From Blepharisma stoltei ATCC 30299 (taxonomy: Eukaryota; Protista; Ciliophora): a stretch of DNA of 64,000 bases. Positions within the stretch are counted from its first letter, which is position 1, and each line of letters opens with the position of its first letter. Made by a program: the position numbers and the translations under genes. The notes beneath the pieces were generated by a model. That model was not told the origin of the DNA, did not search any database, and saw only the letters and a list, made by a program, of their open reading frames with translations. Shown here in pieces: positions 47,571-61,784 of the stretch. Location: the NCBI GenBank assembly GCA_965603825.1, contig CBFDEM010000060.1, forward strand, positions 588,987 through 652,986, read 5' to 3'.

Positions 47571-50500
47571 ACTGTTTTTCAATCATAGTTCTCTATTAAG
47601 CCGAGGAGACCTCAATATTTATCAGGTCCCAGGTTCATCATCTGCCTCAGCCAAGCTTGAAGACCTGAACTACATAAATGAAGAGCAAATGCTACTCAGC
47701 ATGGAAGATGAAAGCTTTATCAAAGAAAGGTACACAAAAGTCACCCAAGGGTTACTGAATGAAATCGACTTATGTGTAAGGGAGGACTCAAGCTCAGCTG
47801 GGATGACGAAAAAAATTCAATACCTGAGCAGAACTTATGAAGCTCTACTTAGAATGGATGAGCGTGAAAAAAGAAAATCAAAGCCGCAAGCTTTAAAAAC
47901 TGAAGAAACCCTCAACCCAATTGCCAAATCAGGGCTATCTTTTGGTCTGTCTTCATTGTTTGGGATAATTAAGATTTTAGGCTCTGATAAGCCTGAACTT
48001 TATAAGATTATCATAGAAGCTGCTTTAAGCATAGTTGCTGGCTTAAAACCAATGGCGCTGAATGACACCGACCCTTCGATCTCTCAATTAATTTCATCAG
48101 TTTTTGCTTTTTTCAACTCAATGCTATTAAGAGAGCTCCCAAATATCCAAGAAGATGACATAAATGCCTGTTATGCAATTCTTTTTGGGCTTTATTATGG
48201 TACAGGAAATTTGTGCACCGCTTTAACATTAGCTTTAGCATTTGCCAATTGTGACCCAAGTCAAGACCATTCTCCAATTTATAAACAAATTTTCCCTATG
48301 CTAGCAAACTTTAAGGACCTTACAAAGAAAAACAGAGGCTCTTTTGCTTGGGATACTAGAAATAAAGGGAAAGGCTTAGAAATCAGTAGCGACGAGCCAA
48401 ATGTATTAATCAGAACAACTAATGATGGCTGGGGAGCTAATCTTTCAGAAAAAGCTTGGACAGAAGGTGCTCATTATGTTGAGATGATTTGAATTGAAGG
48501 TAATTCTGGCAACATGTTTTATGGAGTTTGTAATGGATATTATCCTGATCTCGACCTGCCTCCTCCAGAACAATCGTTTCCTCTCTCTTATAAACCTGCC
48601 GGAAGTATCATTAAAGGTAATAATGAATTGTACACCTTCGAAAAATACTCTGTGGGTGAAAAAATTGGATTTCTGCTGGATATGGATGAGCACACAATTC
48701 TTTTCTTCCATAACGGAAAAGAAGACCCCAAAGGGCCTATTCAAAATCTTCCTGAAAGTATGAATCTTTTTATGTGTCTTGGAGGAATCAGCAAACACAA
48801 AATCATCTATAATCCCCAAGATATGCCAGATATCGCTCGCATAAAAGTTGAAAACTACAGGAAAAAGGTAAATGTAGAAGTGAAGCTTGAAGATTTAAGC
48901 ATCATTAACAGGGCTATCAAAACTGGAAAAATGGCTGATGAATATCTCCAAATGAAGCCTATTGAGTTCACAAACTATATTCTTAAATCGCTTGATGTCT
49001 GAAATGACATTATCATAAAAAAATTAGAAAATAAAGAGATAAAGGTAAATTTTGAAAAAAAAATGGGGCTTTCCTTTGACATCAAGAATGAAACTGTAGA
49101 AATTTTAGGGAAATTGGCTTTGATTTTCATTGAAAAAATTCACTCAGAAAATGTTGAAAGAGAATCCAAAGAAATTTATTCAGAAATGCTCGTTTATGTG
49201 CTAAAACTCACCAAATCGCACTTAATTGGGTCGGATATGATTCAAAATGCAACTTTAGAAAGACAGCTAAGAACAAAAATTATGAAAACCGCTATAGATA
49301 TAATGACTAGCATGCCAGGGTCCAAGGCTTCTGAAGAGGCCACAAAAATTGTGACATCATGCTTTTCTGTCTTTTATAAGGATCCACAGGAGAAATTGTC
49401 TTATTTATTAGATAGAATTAAAGAACGATTGGATGGAGTTGAGATATCAGTTATCGTTAAAGAGCTTGAAGATAGAATTATCTTCGAAATGTCTCGACCA
49501 GACAAACTTTTCCCAGCCTTAGAGCTTATTAATGACGAGTCTCAGCATTTAGTGGAAACTTATTTCAAGTACTTGATTGAGCTTTCTTCAGAAATTTCCA
49601 AGAAGCTTGTGAGAGGAGAAGAAACATCTGTTGGAATCTTTAAACTTCTTGAAACAAGTCAAATTGCTTTATTCGGTCAAGCCACTAAATCTAATTTCAA
49701 AGGAAAATGGCAAGAAATCTTAATGAACTACTCATTAAGTGTTTTCGAGAACTGTGAAGAAGTTCTTCATATTGTGAAAGCAAAAGAAAAAGGGTCTATA
49801 TTGTCAGATGAACTCACAAACACCATCAGAAAAACCTTCCTTGCAGATATATTAGAAACTCTTCTTTGCATGCTGTCTTTAGCCAGAATGAGCCTTGATT
49901 TCTTGGCAAAAATTTTACCAGCTTTGCAGAGCATCATAACATCTCTGAAATACTATGACCCAAAGCCAAAAATCTTCAATAAAGGATTGGCTCTAGCTAC
50001 AGCAGATGCTTACGAAAGTACGCACAATTACGATAACAATCTTGATATTACCCACACTGTAAAGATCCCTGGAGCAAGAAAATATTATTTGGCCTTTGAC
50101 CATAGATGCAAAACTGAGAAGAATTGCGATTTTTTAGAGCTTTGGAAAGACGATAAAAAAGAAGAAAAACTCTTTAGATGGGATGGAGACGATTTCCCAA
50201 AGAATGAGGAAAGAATTGAAGTAAATACCCCATATTTGTTCTTCACATTCCATTCTGATACTTCAGTCAACTATTGGGGCTGGAAAATTGATATTTTGGG
50301 TGAAGTTAAAGCTGACTATTATACTAAGCAATGGCCAGATACCATAAAAGATGCAGCAGAGACCATGGTTGGGCTTATCTACGTAAAATTGATTTTAGGA
50401 GAATTTGAGAAAACGCCAGAAGATGAAAAAGTGAGAGCTTTGCTTCAAAACCCACTGCTTAAATACGGTATTTCTGATAAGACTTTATCACTTGTTAAGT

Positions 50501-53500
50501 CTCAAAACCCTATCCCAGAAAGTCTGATCAACCTTGCCCAAGTGCCAAGAATTGGAGAAAAAGTTAAGCCTAAGAAATTAAATCAGTTTATTAGAAGCGA
50601 TCCTACTAAAAAACTGGTATACAATAATAAATCAGAGCTGACGTTGCAAGAGTATATTGACTCTTTTGGGAAATGGGGAGATGCAAAGTATTCAGATAAT
50701 CAATTTATCAACGATTTCATTGAAGGGGAATGCGAAATTTTAAGAGATTGGAACGCCCTGAAAACTTTGAGCGGGGTTAGCGAAGATGATTCAGCAATTG
50801 GAGGACCAGAATTTGATAAAGCAGAAAGAGCCATTTTCGCTGTTTATGCAGCTTTCTTTGAATTTTCCGAGATTTTCAAAACCCTTCTTCAAGATCCTAC
50901 AAGTGTTGGATCTACATTCAAATATCTCATAAAAGAAGCAGTCAAATATAGAAAATGGGCGGAGAAGTACATCCACAAATTGAGAGAAACTGTATCCATG
51001 ACCTTTGAAGAAGTTTCTAAAGATGTTGTAGTTAAATGCGCTCTATTAATCAATTCACAGTATAATCAAGGATTAAATGAGCTTGGGATTACTAAAACAA
51101 TGAAACATTTGGTAGCAAATGTAGTCCAAGAAGCCAGCATTTCTAAAATGAAAAGAAATGAAAGCAAATGGGAGCAAACCGAAGGAGGTGTTGCAGCAAC
51201 TTCGAGCTTAGTTGATATGCTAGGAAGGAACGAAAGTGAAGACGATAGCCACTCAGAAGATGTTAAAGAAATCAAAAGAACATCTGAACTCATTCTTTCT
51301 TTATTCGAAACTCCTGCCTCAGCTGAAAAAATTGTGGATATCATTGAGAAAAGAAGAGTGAAAGCTATAGCAAGAGCTCTTGGACTTTCCAGCTTAGGAA
51401 ACTTAATGAACTTATCATTTAGAAAAGAAACTTCATTAATAAGATCCTTTGTTGATTCTTTTAAGCAAAACAATGTAAAATTCCATTATTGGGAAAATGT
51501 GGAAGGAATTGATTCAAACCTATTAAAGTGCGTCCAAAAATCATTTTATAACATCTATGGATACTTGCAGAGAGAGCTGCTCCAATCCAAGACAGAAGCC
51601 ATAGAAAAACCTTTATACTTCCATTACTTGACTGTTTTAGATGCGTTATGCTTCCCATTAAAAGAGCCTGATAATCTTATGATAGTAGAGCAACAGTTCC
51701 CACTTATCATTTCTCTTTTATTAAGTTGGTCTAAAGGCTATATAGGAGAAGAAATTGAGACCAAGTCATTCCTTTTGGGCCAGTGCATTACAGGATTCAA
51801 AATCTTGGCAGAAGTTGATATCTCTGATGATGTTGATAAAATTCTCTTAGAAACTAGAGAAGGGGAAGGCCAGAATCTCTATTTAATTATTGAGCACAAA
51901 GGACCACTTCCTGTTGTCGATTTCCAAATCACATCTGAAGAAATTGAAGGATATGAGAATTTAGGCCAGTTCACTCAGAATGGAGAATCCAAACATATTT
52001 TCATCAAAAAGAGCGAACCAAGTGCAAAGAACCAATTTCTGGTCAGTATCCAGGAAAGCCTTGAATGTGAGTTCAGGCCTTATTTTGATTTATTAGGTGA
52101 TGAATCAGAAGATGAAAAGTTATTAAGAGAAACCCTTAAAGATAGACTATGCAGAGCAGCATGGGCTGCTTATAAGTTTTTAGTATTTAGTGTAGTTGGA
52201 AATGCAAGCCAAAGTAATTCAGTTGCCAAATATACTGCTCAAGATGTATTTTTGAATTCAATTTTTAATGAATTAAAGTGGGATCAATCGCTATTGGAGC
52301 AGGGCTACTCAGGTCAAAAGCTTAGTGGAGCAGTTTCAGGGGAGTCGTGGGTAAATAGAATGAACGTTGCCAAAGCTTTTAAAAAGAATCCAATGCAAGA
52401 ATGGATTAGGCAGTTTAATAAAGAGACTGAAAAACTAGGAGAATCCTTGCTGAAGGAAATTATTAACGATTTAGTCGCCGAAGCTGATCCTGCAATGAAA
52501 GGGGTTTTAACTCCTGCTCAAATTTCGAAACTCAATCCTAAGTGCTCAAAACTCCTTTCTAGCCAAGATGCTTACAAAAATTCTAAAGGAAATTTCGATT
52601 TCTTTAAATATATCAACGCAGTCTATGCTATGAAAAATACACTTCCTAAAGAAGATCAGTATAATATTGACCACTCCAAGATCTGAACTCAAATGCCAAA
52701 AGATTTTGAGCAAGCAGCTTTATCTTATGATTTCAGTAACATTGAAATCATATATAAAAATATTGTTTCAAGGTTCAATCCTAAATATCAAGGAAAATCT
52801 TTCCAACAATTTATTGATATTTTCGAATTAACAGAAATCAAAGGCATTGTGCAAGGCGGCAAAGTTCAAGTGGATTGCCCAGCAGAATTCAAAAACGAGG
52901 AAGGCAATTTAGACTTGTATGTAACAATGCATGCAATAGCTAAAGACCAGAATAGGTTTTTCGATTATTATCATGAGCTACAATGGGCTCTTCTCCAGTA
53001 TGATGATCTTCCTGATAGCTGTTTAGAAGTATATAAAGAAAGAAAATCTTCAAGCGAATATATGACTTCTCTATTGTGGACAATTTATGGGTGCCTCGGA
53101 TCAAATACAATTGCCAGCCTCTTAGCCCGTGAAGAATATCTTACGGAGCTTCTTAAAATTACTTTCCTGAGTAGCGCAGAAAGAAACTTTGCCCTTGGCT
53201 CTCGCATCCTCAAAGCAATTCTCCCATCCCAACACTCAGCTCAAACGCTAGGTGCAATCTGGACTACGCTTCCTTACATTAACTCTGATAGTACAAACAC
53301 CGACTTTGTCCAATTTTTGCTTAAAAGAATTGGGAAAATGGCTTACTGGTATGGCTTTAAAGATTCAAAACGCAAACTTTTTAGATGTGGCTATGAAGCA
53401 ATTGTTCTTTTGATAGAACTCATGAACATAGAAAGATGGAGATGCGAAGTGCTCACCACAATTATGAAATCCTTGAACGATGCTTCCCAAAACTTAAAGG

Positions 53501-56500
53501 ACGGAAAAGCACTTCCTATGTATCAAGTTGGAGCAATCGAAGCTTTAGCAATTTTATCGAAGCAGGTTGATATTTTCGGAAATGATCCAATTGAGCTGGC
53601 TGAAGCAAAACTAACTTATTATAAGGCAAGATGCATCATAAGTGCAATTGATGGGGACACAGTAGATATTTATTCTCCTGTCACTAATGAGACAGAGTCA
53701 GTTAACGCAAAATTAATTGCTTATTTAAGGCCGATCAACAACTTTAATACCATGAAAATACTTAGTCAAGATGAACTGAAAAATATTAAAGAATCAGCTA
53801 TCAATTTGTGGCTAGTTTTAATTGACTCAGAATTTTTGAGCTTCAATATGAAATCTGAGAGAACTGCCTCATTCAGGACCCTATATGCTCACTTAGAAAA
53901 CATTATTGTTAATACAATTACACTTATCTTAAAAAAGAAAGACATTAGCGACTGCGAAGGGGCAGACTTATTAAGACTCATCATGAAGCATACTAAAGCT
54001 GAAACTAAAGTCTGAAAAAATAAAGAGAAGCAATTGTTTTTCAAACAAATTCTAAAGACAATCTCAGAAAAATCCATTTATGACGACTTTGCAGATCAAG
54101 AAATAATAGAAATTTTTTCGAATGCTAGCGATAAAACCAAACATCTAATTGAAGAACTGACAAAAGAAAACATTCAGCCGATGATCATCGCTAAGTGCCT
54201 TGACAAAGGAATCAAGGATAAAAATGGGATTTTAGAATTTGCTGGAAAAATAGAAGAGCCAAAATCAAGCCTATTATTCAAGCTTCAGCCAATCAAATCT
54301 TTCAACCTTGAAACATCTGATATTGCCGGATATGCAGATATTTACCAAAATTCAAATAGCCAATTCGTGATAAAAAATAATAATTTCCTAACAGCAAGAA
54401 AAGAAATAACGACAATTTCTGACTTAGCTGTTTTCAGAAACACTACAAAGTTTGTAAAATCTTTGACCATTCTAGCGCAGTTAGAAGGCATTCACTATCA
54501 AAATCAGTTGTCATATGGTCTCAAACTTGGAGGAGTGGATATAGGAATTGACACAAATTCTGGATCGCCAAGCTTTGAAGTCAATGGCAGTGTTGTCTGT
54601 CCTGCCAGACTTGATGAGGTATTAGCTGTTAGGATTTATTTGAATTCAAATGGAGAAATCAAAATAATTAATGAAAACACCAAAGAAAGTATTGTTCTGA
54701 ACGATGCAACTGCGTTTAACGGCCTTCAAATCGGAGCCTATGGACTTTATATGGAAACTGGCACAAGAGCTTCTTTGCTAACTTTTGAAGTATATGACGG
54801 CAAAAATACCAATTCTGCACCAACCAAAGTTAATAAATCCAAAGATGCTCAGACTTATAAAACAATCAAAGTCATTCAAAAATCTGAAAACTATGATAGG
54901 CTGAGACTAAAACTTTTAGACTTGACTGAAGATCAAATAACTCAAGCCCTATCATCAAGCAGAGACTTAAGGTCTAGCTTAGACTACATTTCTCAAAATT
55001 TCCCGAAAGTTTTCCAAAATACCATTAGATCTCTAAATCAAGATGTCATCACTGATTTAAAGCTGGTTAAAACAATTCGTGAAGTTCCTAATGGATTTAC
55101 AGCAGTCTCGATCTATGAAGATGGCAAACAGAAAGAATTCAATATTCCAAAGAGAATGATTTTATGTGTTAAAAAAGAGCAGGTGACTACTGGAAGTGGA
55201 TACTGAAGCATTGCATTAGGCAAAGAAGTTAAAGACTATACAGATTTAGGGAACTTTGACCCTGAAGATCAAACCAGTCATATCTGGGTAAAGAAAGGAG
55301 ATATAGAAAAAATATGTATAAAAGATATCATTTTCATCAAATCTTCTTCAATGTACAACGTAAAAGTGCCATTTGGTTATAAGATAATTAAAGATGGCGA
55401 AGGCAATGCGATAAATCTTGGCCATAGCTTAGGAAAGAAATCATTCTTAGTTTTAGCTGTAAAGACAAGTGATACTGTTCTGAACTGCGCGCTTAAACCA
55501 TTCAAGAAGATGTACTCACTTAATATGCCACCATGCGGATTATTAGAAAGTCAAATAAATTCCGAAGGAGAAGTTAAAGAAGACCTTTTCGATGGCCTGT
55601 CTATTCAAGAGCTCTTCAGTCACTTTTATAAGCTTATAGATTCCTCAAAGCAAGTTTCATACAAAAATCTTGCTCTAGTGCTCATCAAAAAATACCCAAC
55701 CTCTATTGAAACAATAGCTGAGGAATTCAGTACCATCAAATTACTCGATTTCTTAGGAAGTTCTGTGAATAAAATATCTAAAAAGATTGATACTTTACTA
55801 TCCCAAGATAATCCGATATTCAAGGATAAGTTTCTCAAGGATTGCCTAGAAAGGATGCTTAGATGCTTGATCTACACAGAAAAGCAAGGATCATTATCAG
55901 CTGCTTTGACAATTGAAAGCCCAAGCCACCCATATGAGAATAAAATAGACATAGATCAAAAAATCATAATTCCTGGAGCTAAAAGGCTCAAATTTGTGTT
56001 TTATCCAGAATGTGAAACTACATTCGTTGATGATTTTTTAAAATTCTATAAGAATCCAGGTAGAGTTGATGAAATCAGATGCATTTCTGGAACGATTGAT
56101 GAAAATTGGGCTCCATTTGAAGTAGAAGGAGAAGTTGTTTATATGCATTTCCACTCTGAGTGGCAAACTAACTTTTGGGGATATAAGTTTGATGTGATTC
56201 CTGAAGGCTTAGTTTCTGTAGCTCCAGATCATCCTTGGCCTGCAATATGGGTGCTAAATAAGATTTCAAGCATCAACCCAATACCTAAAGAATTTATGGA
56301 AATAATGCACCCTAGGTGTGTCCAGTCTATTTTCTTGCATTCTCTTTCAGCAAACACACTGGAATTGAAGCTCGACTCTATAAAAATCTTGAATAAGATA
56401 ATAAGAGATCAGAAAGGCCCATTGTTCAAAAATATTCTTAGCATCTTGATTGCTCAAGCAAATGAGCTTCATAATATTGTGAGCATTAACAAAGAAGAAA

Positions 56501-59500
56501 ATAGTTTGATGCAAGCTACTGCAAGGCTATTAGAAGATGCTTCACATAAATTCCAACTTACTGGAGAGGAACCTTGGTTTATTGAATTTTGTAAACTTGT
56601 TTTTGATATTAAAGGTCTAAGCGAAAAGGATGAACTGCTAGAAACTTTCTTATTTGAGTCATTCAAGAAGAACGTTACTTGCAACCTCGGAAGAACTTAT
56701 GAGTCTAAACATCCTTATATTAGGCAAACCACAAAAGAATTGATCAAAATTCCTGGTGCTTCTCTTATCAGTATCGTCTTCGATTCAAATTCAAGTCTTG
56801 ACCCAAGAGACACAGCTGTTTTCAGCTATGATGAAGATGGTAAGAAATTAGTCGAAGAAAAGAAAATTGAAGCCATAAGCGATGCTCGATGGAGAAAAGA
56901 GCCATGTGGAAGGAAAGTCGCTTTTTCAGAAGGAACTTCAAAAGTTACCAAAGTCAAAAGAAGCGGATGGGGCAATGCAATTTGGTCTGAAGACTACTCA
57001 GACGGCATAGTGAATATCAAATTCAAGATAGAATCTGATGGAAATTCTGAGTATTTGTACATTGGAGTTTATAGGACTGAAAAGGATGCCCAAGATTATG
57101 ACCTAAATGAGTATATTGGATGCGAGTGTCCTCATGATGCATGGAGTTGGAAAAGAACTGGAGAATTTCATAAGAAAGGATGGTCCAAAGATGGGTTCGA
57201 AGGATTTAAGAAAGGAGATGAAATCACAATGTTGATTGATATGGACTTAAGAGAACTGACTTTCTTTAACGGAACTCTTGAAATCTTCAAGTTCACGGGG
57301 ATTGCTTCTTCAGTCACACCAGTGGTCTGCTTTGGTTCTTTGAATCAAGCCATTACTGTGCTCAGTGTTAAAAGAATGGCTGAGTCCAAACCTCTTTCTG
57401 AAAGAAACTTGGATATTATAGGAGACTCAGTCTATTTTTGGTTCCCAGTTCATAAAACTGCTAATATTAAGCATGCATGGGACAGCAATCAGAACGGAGC
57501 TGCACTCAACGCGAATAAAGCGACTATCACTAAGTCAACAAATGATAAAACTTACCATGAGACTGAAGCCGAAATGACGCATAGCAAATACTACATCGAA
57601 GTCTCTGTTGAATCTAAAGGATATGTAGGGGTTGGCTTTACTAAGAAGAGCTTGATCAATACGAACAATATTGAAGGAAATGAGCAAACTGTAATTTATT
57701 ATAGTAATGGGAAAATTGGCAACGCTGAAAGCATGAACTATGACCAAAACGACGTTATTGGGAGCTATATCGATTTTGATAAAAACGAAATTGCCTTTTA
57801 TAAGAATGATAAACTACTACATACTGCCCAAGCAGCTCTTAATATTGAAGACTCTAAAGACTGCTTCAAATTTATTGCTGTCTTATCAGAAGAAAACCAA
57901 AAATTATCAATCTGTAATACAGGAAAGTACCCTACTGGTGTTGATCTTGCAAGAATTGACTCTGAACAAGAAAATAAATTTTGGGGCTGTAAGTTCTTTT
58001 TAACACCTACTTTCAAAGGAAGAAGCACCAAGGTCATTGATTCCTATTTGAGCTTTGCATCAGCTGGCGACAGAGAAAATTGGAGAGAAAACTACAAACC
58101 TACCTATTCCAAATTTTTCAAAGATGGCATAGCTCAGCAGTTTATTGAATTCATGGATGGATATCTGGACGCCAATTCAATTAGTTTCGATAATAGTTCA
58201 TTGAGTATTTCTCCAGAAGATTTAATTTATTATCCAGACTTACAAAAATTATCAGAAGCAGAGTTGTTTAATTTAAAAGAAATTTTGATTGATTTCAACT
58301 GAAGATTCCAAGATTACTTCTATTTATTCGATTTGCACACTGAAGCAGACGAGCCAGAAAACTCTCTCATGAAGTTTATTAAAAAGGCCAAATATTATCT
58401 ATTATCAAAATTCAAGAAGGAAAAATTGGAAAACCATCTTCAAAAGTCTTCGTGTGACTTAAGAATGGGCATTACTATCGATAAAGCTAAAGCGCAAGAA
58501 CTGAAAGCTAAAGGGGATGTTGATCATTCTGCAACTGCTTCAATGTTTAGTCAAATAAGCAGAGCCATGGGGACAGCAGCAAATATAATTCATAGACATT
58601 GTAGAAGAATGTTCAAATTTGCATACAAGCCAGAAGGAATCCAAGATGACCCCGTAAAGTATTGTGGATTATTGATAGAAATTTCTAAAGAGCTTGAGTC
58701 CCCATTACTTCCACTTTTGATCCCATCTCAAAATAATATCCTTAACATAGGTAATGGAAGAGATAATTGAATTATCAATCCAACGTCCATCCTCCCAGCT
58801 CATATGCACCTATTCACCACTCTTGGGAAATTCTTCGGTTCCGGAATCCGTACCAATCAAAGTCTGAGTCTTTCACTCCCTATTATTGTATTTAAGCATC
58901 TTCTATACGAAAATGTCACAACCGAAGATTTAAGGGACTTTGACTTCCCACTCTACAAGTTTTTGCATAAATTAAGGAACCTTGAAGTCTATGGAATTAC
59001 TTCGGAAAACTTCGGCCAGCACATTTCTGAGAGGTTCATAGTGAAATACGGCGAAAAGGTTATGGAACTTTGTGAAGACGGAGCCAATATTGACGTTACT
59101 TTTGAAAATGTTGGCCACTATGCTGATCTATTAGAGAAGCACAAATTATTTGAAAATCCTAAAGCTTACGATTCTATAAGGAAAGGTATAGCTATTGTTA
59201 TTCCTATTGATAAATTGAACCTATTCACAGCTGCTCAACTACGTGAACTCATATGCGCGAAGCAAGAAGTCAAATTAGAAGTCTTAGAAGAAAACACCGT
59301 TTACGAGAATTGCAGAAGAACAGATCCGCACATTGAAATCTTCTGGAGAGCAATTAAATCATTAAACTATAGTGACCATGTCAAATTTATTGACTATATT
59401 GCTAGAAGGTCTAAGCTTATTGAATGGGATTGGCCTCTGAAATTTACAATAGCCAAGCACAGTAAATCCGAAGATGTGAATACATTGGTTCCTATTGTCG

Positions 59501-59619
59501 ACAATACTATATTCAGACTTGAGCTGCCAGCTTATACATCTTCAGAAATCATGAAAGAGAAGATTATACTTGCGATTGCCCAAAATAACAAGTTTGATTC
59601 TTTAGACATTAATATTTAA
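47467..59619 (+). CDS. Giant 4050-aa HERC/HECTD4-like protein (SPRY domains, ESxHxY CUB-like modules, C-terminal HECT-like domain lacking the catalytic Cys)
   Basis: Eight track ORFs share one frame and are joined by 7 TGA codons; the gene ends TAA. SPRY-like motifs GEKIGFLLDMDE, GDEITMLIDMD and NDVIGSYIDFD. HECT motifs PLLIPSQN...GRDN(W)IINP, LGKFFGSGIRT, IEIFW and LELPAYTSSEIMKEKIILAI. Confidence 0.92.
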
Positions 59620-60265
59620 GATAATGGGCATTCAAATTAAAATTAGGTTTAATTCAATATATTATACTTTAACGCCAAAAATATATCTTCTCTATATTTT
59701 TGTTTAGGAGCGGGCTAAATTACCCTGGACAATAAACTTCACTAGCATTAAATTCCCTACTCGCTTAAATTATTATTCGGGAAGGACATAATAACGAAAG
59801 CCAGGTTTAAATTATTTTTTTAAGTCTAAAACTAGATTATTTATAGTATATAAAGCTCTTAATACGAAAGAAAATAATTTTATCAAAATTGAAGCCTGTT
59901 GCTAAAAAAAATTATAGAATGCATTAAGCTAAAATTTTTTAAGGCCTTTTGCTTACATTATTGAAACAAATTAAAATAATAAGTTTTGTATTCTTAAAGT
60001 ATATATATTCCAGAAGTATTTTAACCTGAATACTTAAAGCTTTAGAGCAAAACCTTTTAGATTTCATTTATCCAGATAATAAGAATTGAGCTTACAATTC
60101 TGGTTATTGCATTTTATTGCTTCAATCTTTTTACCTACTCTTCTAAGTGAGATATAATTACTATAATAAGCAACATCAATAATTATTTTTTGATCTAAAT
60201 TAAAATAATAATATTCTCTAACCGAATCAGAAATAGTTGAGATGTAGACTTGCACAATTTGTATT

Positions 60266-60829
60266 AAAATAATGAGCTGAAACAAATAATAGTTTTTAAA
60301 GCGCTTTAAGTTTAAGAATACGATGCATATTTACATTCTCTGCTTCGAAAAACATCATTTAACAGCTTAAGCTAGGACCAAAACCCTATAATTTTCATAT
60401 TATGTGGAAATTTTACAAACAAAATCGCCATTATATGAGTTCTATTCTTATCCGATTAAATTAGCTAACCTGAGTATTTGAATAAACATAGCAGCCCATA
60501 GCCTAGACAACGGTTTTTAATATTTTGATATGCTTCTGTGGTTATCAGCACTTAATAGAATGCAAAAGCTATAATTATAATTAGTAAAATTGGCTCATTA
60601 AACTTTTAGATTTATAAATAAACCAGAAATTAATAAAGCTTTATTCGTCGATTTATTTTAATTAATATTAAAATTGAAAACTTTACAAAGAAGGAGATCA
60701 ATTAAAATATAATTAATTAAAAGCAGAGATTAACTAAATAAATAAATAAAGCCATTAATTTAGCAATGCTTTATTGCAAAATCTACTTAAATAGCATAAT
60801 AAATTTACTTTATTTTATAATACCATAAA
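60266..60829 (+). repeat. Second copy of the 550-bp segment, directly upstream of the subtelomeric gene
   Basis: Near-identical to 29265-29811; ends 8 nt before the ATG at 60838. Confidence 0.93.
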
Positions 60830-60837
60830 GGTTTTAA

Positions 60838-61743
60838 ATGGCATGTTTAAAGTGTTCAATGAGTGCGCGACGCTTGATTTTAGAAGAAGAATTAAAGCTG
60901 TACATGAAGGGAAGGGAATTACTGCCTTCTAGCCAGGTATCAAGGATGATGAAGCAGCATTGGAAAGTCATGGAGTTTGGCGGCATGTCAGAGAACGAGG
61001 AAGAATGGCTAAATGGTACAGATATTGCTCTCAATGCAGAAGAATACTTGATGCCACCAGAAGAGTTCTTTTCTGACTATGAATCTGAGGAGGATTACTG
61101 AAGCAACTACGATGACCATGATGATTATGATGAAGAAGATGAAGATGAAATATGAGGAAGATTTGTATCCTGGGCTTGGAACCAAACTGAAGAAGTGCTT
61201 GATAGTGAGACAACTACGCCGCTTTATGCAACAACAGGCACTCGGCCTGTGGAAATAGTTCAAACCTCAAGTGATGAAAGTGGAATCAAGGACAACACTG
61301 AGGTTGGGAATGCTGGAGATAAAGCTGAAGGTCAAGGTACACCAGAGAGTAAGGATTCTGAAGGAGGTGATTCCCTAGAAAATGCTAAGTGTTGGAATTT
61401 AGGCGTTGAGTCGATTACAAGCAAAAAAGTTTGCCCGCGAAAAGGGAAGGGATGAAATAAAATGGAATTTGCATGCAAGTCATGGAGAAAGAAAAATTGA
61501 AGAAAAAAGAGATATGAATGCAACAAGATTTTGGATATACATAATATTGGGGTAGAAAATTATGAAAGGAGTTTAGGACGAAGATATCAAGTCTTAAATG
61601 AAGTAGAATTGAATTTGAAGAAAAAAGCCGAAAATGTGAGGTATGGACAGAATTTTTTAGATGGAAATAATTGGAGTTGAAGGGGAAGAAAAAAGAAGAA
61701 GAATTTGGAAAATATTGGTCCTCTAGAGGGCGATAACCGTTAA
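60838..61743 (+). CDS. Hypothetical 301-aa protein with an acidic middle and a basic C-terminus
   Basis: ORFs 60838-61101 and 61195-61455 are in frame. The frame is open through 5 TGA codons to TAA at 61741-61743. Confidence 0.7.
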
Positions 61744-61784
61744 ATTATTATTATTATTATAATACCTATAAATAGATTCTGAAA

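Noticed and set aside
47467-59619. Operon of 8 genes, nonsense-riddled pseudogene, or selenoprotein
   Set aside because: All breaks are in-frame TGA with open linkers, and in this window TGA falls at Trp positions; it is one gene.
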